In this document: piece by piece, positions 8,870 to 15,871 of the stretch
Position numbering within the stretch: position 1 is the stretch's first letter
How the letters are laid out: every line of letters begins with the position of its first letter
From: Halomonas sp. HL-48
GTDB taxonomy: Bacteria > Pseudomonadota > Gammaproteobacteria > Pseudomonadales > Halomonadaceae
Length of the DNA: 64,000 nucleotides
Direction: 5' to 3'
Assembly: GCA_001314875.1 (NCBI GenBank)
Contig: LJZS01000019.1
Span: forward strand, 276-64,275
Translations under genes and position numbers: made by a program
The notes under the pieces: model-generated
The model's database searches: none
The model's input: the letters and a program-made list of their open reading frames with translations, nothing else
Told to the model about the DNA's origin: nothing

Positions 8870-10747
8870 GTGGATTCCATGACTGCCAGCGATTCCCGAC
8901 ATCACAGAGATCCGGAACGCCTGAAGAAGAACCGCAGGGGGGTTTCCGGCGCACGTGTGTTGGCGGTGTCAAAGACACCTTCAACGGATGGCATCGATTC
9001 GCATGATGCCGGCAGGGAAGAAGTCGCGTTAGTACGCCGCCAGTATCTGGAAAGTGAGCAGCGATTCCGCGCCCTGCTGGAGAGTCTGCCGAAGGTGGCG
9101 GTTCAGGGGTATGATCGCGATCGGCGAGTGATTTACTGGAATGAGGGTAGCACTCGTCTCTATGGCTATACCGCTGAGGAAGCCCAGGGACAGTTACTGG
9201 AAGATCTGATCATTCCTGATTTCATGCGTGACGAGATGATCCAGGCGCATGATGCCTGGATCAAAGAAGGCGTCGAGATACCCGCCGATGAACTCGAGCT
9301 CAAGCATAAAACAGGTGAACTGGTATCGGTCTTTTCGCAGCATCTGATGCTCAATGAGCATACCGACTCTCCGTTGATGTTCTGCGTGGATGTCGATCTT
9401 TCCGACCAAAAGCGCGCCAACCGTGACCTGGAATTCGCCACCCGTTTCGACAGGCTCACCCATCTCCCTAACCGCCAGACCTTCGAGGTCGACCTGGACA
9501 GTCTGTTGGATTCCTGTCGGCGCCAGGGCAATGGCCTGGCAACCATCTACCTGGACATCGATCACTTCGTCGAGATCAATGATGCCCTTGGCTATGATCA
9601 GGGCGATCGCCTGCTCATTGAGCTGACGCGGCGACTGAGAGAGTGCCAGCGAATCACTGACCTGGTGTCCCGTGTTTCTAGCGATGAATTCGTGCTGGCC
9701 TTTCCCGGCGTCCACTTGGCTCCCGATGTCAGACGGGTCGTTCGCCATGTCCAGAATGTCTTTCGGAAACCTTTCGTCCTGGATGGTCGGGAGCGTCTCG
9801 TCACGGCCAGCCTGGGGGTGGCGCTCTTTCCCGAGAATGGTGAATCGTCACGCGAATTGATCCGTAATGCCGATGTTGCCAAGAATCGTGCCAAGCTGGA
9901 GGGCCGGGGTGCTGTACGTTTCTTCGAACAGAAGCTCCATGATGAGCTGGTTCGCCAGCACTATCTCTCGGCGCGACTCGAGGAAGCCCTGGATAACGGT
10001 GAATTCTCTCTCCACTACCAGCCCCAGGTCTCGGCGGCCAGTGGGCGAATAGAGAATCTCGAGGCCTTAATACGCTGGCAGCCTGCCGAGGGCCCGCCGA
10101 TCTCGCCTGGCGAGTTTATCCCGCTGGCCGAGCGCTCCGGTGTGATCCATCGGCTGGGAGACTGGGTCATCGAAGAGGCTTGCCGCCAGCAGGTGGAATG
10201 GCGTGCCAAGGGATTTCATGAGCACCGCATCGACATCAATGTCTCTGGTCGTCAACTGGTGCGCCCCGATGCCCTCAAGAGCTTCGAAGACACGCTGCAG
10301 CGTCACGGCTTAGGTCCACGGGATATCGGCATCGAATTGACCGAGAATGTCCTCATCGAAGCCGACGAGACCCTCCTCGAGGACCTGCGTCGCCTCTATC
10401 ATCGCGGTATTCGCATTGCGATCGACGACTTCGGGACCGGTTATTCCTCCCTGAGCTATCTCAAGCACTTTCCAGTCACCGCCCTGAAGATCGATCGCTC
10501 CTTCATCCACGACGCTCCCACACAGCCCAAGGATAGGGCCATCATGGAGGGTGCCATCTTCATCGGTCATCGGTTGGGATTGGAGGTGGTAGCCGAAGGC
10601 GTCGAGAATGCCGAACAGCTGTCATTGCTGCGCGAAATGCATTGCGACCTCATCCAGGGGTTCTTCTTCTACCGTCCTATGCCTGCCAAGGAAATCGACC
10701 GCCTGCTGGGCGGTTTCGTGCCTGGTCACGAGGGGCCGTCGAGCTGA
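8870..10747 (+). CDS. PAS / degenerate GGDEF (SSDEF) / EAL c-di-GMP phosphodiesterase
   Basis: PAS region (FRALLESLPKVAVQGYD...YWNEGSTRLYGYT). The GGDEF position reads SSDEF. The EAL domain has intact EALIRW, DDFGTGYSSL, KIDRSF and EGVE motifs. Confidence 0.85.
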   Translation: MDSMTASDSRHHRDPERLKKNRRGVSGARVLAVSKTPSTDGIDSHDAGREEVALVRRQYLESEQRFRALLESLPKVAVQGYDRDRRVIYWNEGSTRLYGYTAEEAQGQLLEDLIIPDFMRDEMIQAHDAWIKEGVEIPADELELKHKTGELVSVFSQHLMLNEHTDSPLMFCVDVDLSDQKRANRDLEFATRFDRLTHLPNRQTFEVDLDSLLDSCRRQGNGLATIYLDIDHFVEINDALGYDQGDRLLIELTRRLRECQRITDLVSRVSSDEFVLAFPGVHLAPDVRRVVRHVQNVFRKPFVLDGRERLVTASLGVALFPENGESSRELIRNADVAKNRAKLEGRGAVRFFEQKLHDELVRQHYLSARLEEALDNGEFSLHYQPQVSAASGRIENLEALIRWQPAEGPPISPGEFIPLAERSGVIHRLGDWVIEEACRQQVEWRAKGFHEHRIDINVSGRQLVRPDALKSFEDTLQRHGLGPRDIGIELTENVLIEADETLLEDLRRLYHRGIRIAIDDFGTGYSSLSYLKHFPVTALKIDRSFIHDAPTQPKDRAIMEGAIFIGHRLGLEVVAEGVENAEQLSLLREMHCDLIQGFFFYRPMPAKEIDRLLGGFVPGHEGPSS

Positions 10748-10898
10748 GCCTTGTCTTGATTTGACGTCCAATGCCCGGGGTTGCCATGACCTGGAGACTT
10801 TTGTGAACGCCCCCGATGCTCATTGATCGCAGGGACTGACACTGTGGCCCTAGCTGGATTGCCGTTATCGGCCAGGAGCTGTAATTCAGACGAAACTG

Positions 10899-10982
10899 AT
10901 GTAACACTTGCAGCATGCGCGCCCATGGAATGGAGCCGAAAGCGCAATGTGATGGGCGTCGCCGTGCCTGCACTTGTTAGCA
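10899..10982 (-). other. attC-like recombination site downstream of the NTPase gene
   Basis: Minus strand reads TGCTAAC-AAGT-GCAGGCAC...CGCCCAT...ATGGGCG...GCATGCTGC-AAGT-GTTACAT. TAAC pairs with GTTA, and GCAG[G]CA pairs with TGCTGC leaving a bulged G. The AAGT/AAGT spacers do not pair. Length is 84 bp. Confidence 0.5.
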
Positions 10983-10986
10983 TGGG

Positions 10987-12435
10987 TTACCACTTAAACA
11001 ACCTTAGTTTTCGATTTAAGCCAAAGTGAACAATTAGGTCCATGGAGGGGTTCCATGCGAGATCATCATCTTTATATTTGAACAACCACCTTTTACCATC
11101 CAAATTACCCACGACCCCAAAATCAAAGAGAATTTCCACAACATCTTCAGGCCCTTTTCCTTGATCTTTAAACCACTTACTAATAACCCGATCTGAATTG
11201 AGTTGGTCTACATAATCGCTATACTTTATCTTTCCAGTACCGATACGAGTTAGACATTGCAAAGCCTCCCTCCATACAGGTAGATAGCTATGTATTTCAT
11301 CCCTTAACTCATTGTAAAGCCACGCTGAATAATTATCCTCTGCCGCCCTCACTTCTTCAAACGTCAATCGACCTCCATTATTTTTCTTTTGGCAATTTTT
11401 TAAAAATTTAATTATATCTCTTGGTCGTTCATATGTTCTATTGACCATGTATTGCCATATACTATTGACCCGATTCGGCAAAGAAGGGTCACTATCGTCA
11501 ACTATCGCACACCAAGGATCACTGACACCCCCTAAATTGAGGCTAGTACTGATTCTGGCGTTCGGGACATTTTTCAGAGCATACTCTGATTCATCATCTT
11601 TGGAGATCCAATTAAGCCTTATAAGATGATCATCCAATTTGTTCAGATCATTATCTTCCAGGCGGTCAAATATATCAGAACGTAGTACTAGCAAAGGTCT
11701 ATATATTAGTGATGACCGCTGTAGCGATATGGCAGAATCCTCAACGGCACGAAGGAGAGCCAGAAGCAAAAGTCGCAATCCACTATCGCCAGATCTAAAC
11801 CCTTCATCCAGCTCATCCATAAACAGCCAATACTGACTATTAGTTTTGACGTTTATTAGCAGGTCTTTAAGTATATCAACAACTTTTTGATAATGAACTT
11901 GCATCTCAATTTGTGAAGAATCGCTTCTTTGGTACTCTCCTTCCAGCCACTTAGCTAAAATTTTTACTTTAGACCCAGAGCTTTTTAACAATGTTACGGT
12001 ATCTGTAAATCCCATTCCATCACTCAGATTATTCATCACCAAAAATGTCTCTAGCGCATCTATAGCTTCTATTGAGGATGCGCCGTTATCATCAATGGCA
12101 ATTTTTGCCAATTCGACATAGATTAAAAATAGCCAGACAGGTACAAACTGGGATTTATCCCTAGATGATCTATCTCGAAAGTCTCGAATATCATTTATAG
12201 GGAAGTCTCGTAAGGTTAGTGTTGAATAAAAACACATTGGGTCATCCTCTGCCTCCAAACGAAGACGTTCCAATATTGCCGTTTTTCCCGCGCCTTTTCG
12301 CCCAATAACGTACCTAACTTCTCCGCTCCTAATTAACTCAAATTCCGGAAACGGCACGAAATACTCAATAAGATCATCATCACCTTTCGCTTCATCCTGA
12401 CCCCAGCGAACTTGATTAAAATTCCAGATATCCAT
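10987..12435 (-). CDS. P-loop NTPase, unclassified (AAA+/STAND- or Sll1717-like)
   Basis: Walker A GRKGAGKT (aa 45-52 from M at 12435), Walker B WLFMDELDE (aa 203-211), and an RPRD motif at aa 337-340. AT-rich codon usage. The 18 extra N-terminal codons of the track ORF overlap the attC-like element, so the start is moved to MDIWNF. Confidence 0.75.
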   Translation of the reverse strand: MDIWNFNQVRWGQDEAKGDDDLIEYFVPFPEFELIRSGEVRYVIGRKGAGKTAILERLRLEAEDDPMCFYSTLTLRDFPINDIRDFRDRSSRDKSQFVPVWLFLIYVELAKIAIDDNGASSIEAIDALETFLVMNNLSDGMGFTDTVTLLKSSGSKVKILAKWLEGEYQRSDSSQIEMQVHYQKVVDILKDLLINVKTNSQYWLFMDELDEGFRSGDSGLRLLLLALLRAVEDSAISLQRSSLIYRPLLVLRSDIFDRLEDNDLNKLDDHLIRLNWISKDDESEYALKNVPNARISTSLNLGGVSDPWCAIVDDSDPSLPNRVNSIWQYMVNRTYERPRDIIKFLKNCQKKNNGGRLTFEEVRAAEDNYSAWLYNELRDEIHSYLPVWREALQCLTRIGTGKIKYSDYVDQLNSDRVISKWFKDQGKGPEDVVEILFDFGVVGNLDGKRWLFKYKDDDLAWNPSMDLIVHFGLNRKLRLFKW

Positions 12436-12470
12436 TTTCTTCAAAGCCCCATGATTTATGAAACGAAAAG

Positions 12471-12530
12471 TTTTAACGCCAGAGCACACCGGCTCACTTT
12501 AGTGCGTCCGCGTAGCGCGACTTGTTAGCA
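12471..12530 (-). other. attC-like element (less canonical) downstream of the 2-TM gene
   Basis: Minus strand reads TGCTAAC-AAGTC-...GTGAGCCGG...CTGGC-GTTAAAA, 60 bp. It shares TGCTAACAAGT with the 10899-10982 element and GTGAGCCGG with the 13145-13224 element. I could not build a convincing L''/L' pairing. Confidence 0.35.
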
Positions 12531-13133
12531 GATTTCCCAACGCTTGCTATTGGAATCCCATTCGTACTTCTGGGCGCGCACCCGATCGGACTTATGATAA
12601 AAAGTATACTCATAGATGATCGCAAGCTCTATCTTACTTCCCAAACCCTCTTGTGTTGGCATATCTACACCAACATTAGCTAACTCGTCGTAGGGTTCAA
12701 ACCTTCGTTGTCTTCGATCTTGACCAATCATTGTCATATTTGGGCGAAACAGATGGTCAAGCGAGTACTTCGTACCGCTTACTGTAACTGTTAATTTTAT
12801 AGTTAAGTCATCGAACTTGTTGTTAGTAATATTTTGATAGTGGATAAAGCTAACCGGTATACTGGTACCGCTTTCATATCTGTTATCCAAAACAATCAAT
12901 AGTTGCGGTCTTTGCGATTCTATGAATGCACGGTTCGTCTGCAAATAGCTGAAAATCACAAACGTTGCAGAAACCAATGCCCCAACACTCGCTGCAATTG
13001 CGATAATTGACGACACGAGTTCTGCATCCTCAAGATCTAATGACTTTGTAGTAACCAAATACCAGCTGGCAAACGAACCTGCCGCAATGATACAAATCGA
13101 TACTATCAATGAGCTTAAAAAATTTTTGATCAC
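12525..13133 (-). CDS. Hypothetical 2-TM membrane protein with a ~135-aa C-terminal soluble domain
   Basis: GTG start preceded by GGAGAA. There are two hydrophobic helices (aa ~5-27 and ~39-63). I recognise no family. Confidence 0.7.
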   Translation of the reverse strand: MIKNFLSSLIVSICIIAAGSFASWYLVTTKSLDLEDAELVSSIIAIAASVGALVSATFVIFSYLQTNRAFIESQRPQLLIVLDNRYESGTSIPVSFIHYQNITNNKFDDLTIKLTVTVSGTKYSLDHLFRPNMTMIGQDRRQRRFEPYDELANVGVDMPTQEGLGSKIELAIIYEYTFYHKSDRVRAQKYEWDSNSKRWEIC

Positions 13134-13144
13134 AATTCTCCAAC

Positions 13145-13224
13145 TACTAACGCCCGGCTCACGCCGCAGGTTTGGAGCCGCGAGGCGGCGGAAAACCGGT
13201 CCGCTGTGCAGCCGATTGTTAGAA
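13145..13224 (-). other. attC-like recombination site downstream of the HNH gene
   Basis: Minus strand reads TTCTAAC-AATC-GGCTGCAC...(GC-rich 43 nt)...GTGAGCC-GGGC-GTTAGTA. CTAAC pairs with GTTAG, and GGCT[G]CAC pairs with GTGAGCC leaving one extrahelical G. The spacers are unpaired. The HNH TAA stop lies inside the CTAAC box. Length is 80 bp. Confidence 0.6.
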
Positions 13225-14079
13225 ACGGTTACGAAGCTTCGCTCTAAGCTCTTCTATTCTATAAGGAGGATTACGCCTGTGAATCATTGAGTGGCAGTTC
13301 GGGCATACAGGGACCAAATCATTAATCGGATCTATTTGGTACTCGCCTTTTTGATGCGACACAGGGACAATGTGATGAACGTGAATAAATCCGCGTCCTA
13401 TATCTCCATATAAATCCTTAAAATTTAAATAACAGACTTTACATTTCACCCCATGATAATCGATACATTGCTGTCTTGCCTTTGAACTTCGCTCATATTT
13501 GGTCAACTCATAGGACAACTCTTGCCCTTCAACGATCTGGGCGTCATCAATTTTCGGAATTTCGTCACGATTTATTTCACCCGATTCGTGAACTTCAAAA
13601 TTGCCGTCTGATTTCACGACTTTTAACTCCCATACGCCCCATTCACCGATGTGGAGAGACGATTCAGGCGGCAATTCGTAAGCAAACTTCTCCGTTATGT
13701 TTCGTCGGTCCTCCGATGGAACCAATTCATTCATAATCCTTCTTCGCTTGTGTGTATACCAAGCAGGCCATTCTCCGAGCTGCCCTATCCAGGACTCTTC
13801 TTTTCCATAACAATGCCGTGCTATTTCAAAAGCTTGTTCTTTAGTAGGAACTTTAGCTTTTAGAGTATATATATTTTCCTGAAGAATTTCCGGTGGTTGC
13901 AGATATGCGTAGTTTTTCGTCGACTTAACTAGCTTCCACCCTCTTCTTGGCAACAGGACGGACAAAGTCATTGCTGCCCCGAAACGAAAGACCCCCTCAC
14001 CATACTTCTTAGGCGCCTTACCTTGCGCTTCAAATCTAATTGAGGCTTCTGACCAGTCAGAAGTATCGTATTCCATCAT
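13219..14079 (-). CDS. HNH endonuclease with an uncharacterised ~195-aa N-terminal domain
   Basis: C-terminus ARQQCIDYHGVKCKVCYLNFKDLYGDIGRGFIHVHHIVPVS...DPINDLVPVCPNCHSMIH is a CxxC...HVHH...CxxCH HNH/McrA-type motif (aa ~205-267). I do not recognise the N-terminus. Confidence 0.8.
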   Translation of the reverse strand: MMEYDTSDWSEASIRFEAQGKAPKKYGEGVFRFGAAMTLSVLLPRRGWKLVKSTKNYAYLQPPEILQENIYTLKAKVPTKEQAFEIARHCYGKEESWIGQLGEWPAWYTHKRRRIMNELVPSEDRRNITEKFAYELPPESSLHIGEWGVWELKVVKSDGNFEVHESGEINRDEIPKIDDAQIVEGQELSYELTKYERSSKARQQCIDYHGVKCKVCYLNFKDLYGDIGRGFIHVHHIVPVSHQKGEYQIDPINDLVPVCPNCHSMIHRRNPPYRIEELRAKLRNRF

Positions 14080-14127
14080 TTTCCTGCTTGTTTCTAAAAG
14101 CGTATTAGACAGCGCGTTCTATGATTG

Positions 14128-14278
14128 AAGGAACGCGCTGGCACTTTTTCGCGGCAAATGCAGCCTGTCAGATTCTCCCAAGCCTATGGCCCTTTGACTA
14201 TTATTTTCCATTAGTCAATATAGCCAAAATTCCCGCTCTTGCTGCATTTCCAAGAATGTCCGCTCAGGGTCGTTAGCA
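14128..14278 (-). other. Possible degenerate attC-like element upstream of the HNH cassette
   Basis: Minus strand reads TGCTAAC-GACC-CTGAGCGGAC...GCCAG-CGC-GTTCCTT. It shares the TGCTAAC box and a GCGGAC motif with the other elements. CTG[A]GC pairs with GCCAG. The length (151 bp) and the weak R' box lower confidence. Confidence 0.3.
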
Positions 14279-14561
14279 GCCTTTTCTCATTACAAGCACC
14301 TGATCAATTTCATACTAAACTTAGCCTAGCACAAGCTGCTTAAGCAGGCTGAGCTGTGTAAGCATTATTTTCAACGTTGCACCGATTTGTTCAGTAGGGC
14401 TAATAAACGACAAGCCCCACGCAGGTTTCAGTCAAGATCCCGATTAAGCCAATGCATGGGCGCTAGCCAGCGTCCGCGCCATACCTATAAGCATCAGCCT
14501 AATGGGGCGGCTGGGGCCGACAATGGCTACTGGCCTATCGCCGTGAAAGCTGGCCGGTTCA

Positions 14562-15458
14562 CTAGCGACTGCCTCTTTTGATCTTATACATATGGCTGTC
14601 TGCATGGCTTACCAGGGTTTCGGCGTCTTCCCCGTCGGCGGGATAACAGGCAACGCCGATGCTGCAGCTTGGCATTTTCACCTCACCGAACTCAGCACTT
14701 AGCGGCTGGTTGATGACAGCGAGTATCTGCTCAATCTTTTGTGTAACAGCATGCGCTGACTGAATCTCTGTTAACAGAACCGTGAATTCATCACCGCCTA
14801 TCCGGGCTACGTTATCTGTCTCCCTTACACAGCCTTCCAACCGTCTGGCTACCGTGCAGAGGATCCGGTCGCCCATGGCATGTCCATGGATATCATTGAT
14901 GCTCTTAAAGTCATTGATGTCCAAAAACAGCAACGCCAGTCTGTTCTTATGTCGATGGGCTGCGCGCAAGCCTGAGTCTAGTCGATCATAGAATAGCGCT
15001 CGGTTAGCCAGTTTTGTCAGCGGGTCGTGAAGGGCGAGGTGACGCAATTCCTCCTCGGCCTGCATGAGGTCGGTAACGTTGCGCGCCACCCCGATCCGCA
15101 CGCCCTCCTCCTCGTACCAGCGGGCAGACCACAGTATGTGGACGACTCCACCGTCTTTACGTATATAACGGTTGCGGAAATCAAGGTGGGGCTTACCACT
15201 CATCACGCGAGTAATGGAATCCCGCGTGGCCGCTAAATCGTCAGGGTGCATGTAGTCAATGATTTGGGTGTCGATCAACTCGTGCGGAAGGTAACCGAGC
15301 AGTGACTCGCAGGCGTCACTCACAAAGATGATCTGGTTGTCTTTATCCACCACGAATACGGTGTCTAGCATCAAGTGAATCAGTTTTGGATAGAGCGCTT
15401 GCAGGTCAACGGCCATAGGTTGGGATAATCCGGTTAGCATTCCTCGACTATAGAGCAA
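14562..15458 (-). CDS. PAS-GGDEF diguanylate cyclase
   Basis: PAS domain followed by an intact RIGGDEF. An RETD (RxxD I-site) lies five residues upstream of GGDEF. Confidence 0.85.
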   Translation of the reverse strand: MLYSRGMLTGLSQPMAVDLQALYPKLIHLMLDTVFVVDKDNQIIFVSDACESLLGYLPHELIDTQIIDYMHPDDLAATRDSITRVMSGKPHLDFRNRYIRKDGGVVHILWSARWYEEEGVRIGVARNVTDLMQAEEELRHLALHDPLTKLANRALFYDRLDSGLRAAHRHKNRLALLFLDINDFKSINDIHGHAMGDRILCTVARRLEGCVRETDNVARIGGDEFTVLLTEIQSAHAVTQKIEQILAVINQPLSAEFGEVKMPSCSIGVACYPADGEDAETLVSHADSHMYKIKRGSR

Positions 15459-15871
15459 TCGCGAAGAGGAAATACATGATTCTGTTCACTTTGGGTCGTT
15501 AACTGACTAACCCCAACTTTCAAAACGAGCCCATAAACCCTTGCAGGATATTCCTTTATCAATACTCACGCGCTGACAACGTCGCCAGTGGCCTTCTGCA
15601 CTCCATCTGCATAACGAAAGGCTAACTCCTCAACCACCTTAGCACCTGAACGTCGGCTATGCCCTTTACTCTGCGATTTTTTCATGGGAAGCGTTGTTGC
15701 AAAATATCATGTTAATCATGAACTCCACAGCGCTTAAGGGCTTTGATAGCCAAGTCGCCGATACCACGCTTGCCGCTGAAAATGGCGCTGGCCCCCAATC
15801 GACGGCGTAGTGTCACTGTGCCAAGATCATGATGAATCATTGACCCGCAGCAAGAGGAGCACAGAACCACC

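Larger units (their letters stand above)
10899..14278 (-). mobile_element. Integron-type gene-cassette array without an adjacent integrase (CALIN-like): three ORF cassettes
   Basis: Three co-oriented AT-rich ORFs are each followed by a GC-rich attC-like element. Hand counts of single 60-nt lines give 27-38% G+C inside the block, against about 70% in a liu-operon line. No tyrosine recombinase gene is present in the window. Confidence 0.5.

Noticed and set aside
10748-10898. A possible further degenerate attC (CGATAAC...GGCGTTCAC) and an empty cassette beyond the NTPase cassette.
   Set aside because: Only the AAC and GTT triplets fit, and I could not find L''/L' pairing. This is too weak to call.
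12436-12489. The 18-codon N-terminal extension of the NTPase ORF (MCSGVKTFRFINHGALKK). Similar extensions occur on the ORFs at 696-2198, 3974-5155, 5416-6327, 44344-47022 and 56530-57303.
   Set aside because: The extensions overlap upstream genes or the attC-like element and lack ribosome-binding sites. Internal ATGs with good Shine-Dalgarno sequences match the known family N-termini.
10987-14079. Classifying the HNH plus ATPase pair as a Septu (PtuA/PtuB) system.
   Set aside because: As I recall it, PtuA is an ABC/AAA15-21-type ATPase directly adjacent to PtuB. Here the NTPase has a GRKGAGKT P-loop of a different type, a 2-TM gene intervenes, and attC-like sites separate the genes. Only a profile search can settle this.
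14110-14347. A 10-bp inverted repeat CAGCGCGTTC...GAACGCGCTG (14110-14140) and the 12-bp perfect palindrome CTGCTTAAGCAG (14336-14347), as operators of the HNH gene.
   Set aside because: They are real in the sequence, but no cognate regulator is evident. The first overlaps the putative attC-like R' box, so its role is ambiguous. They are recorded here rather than as features.
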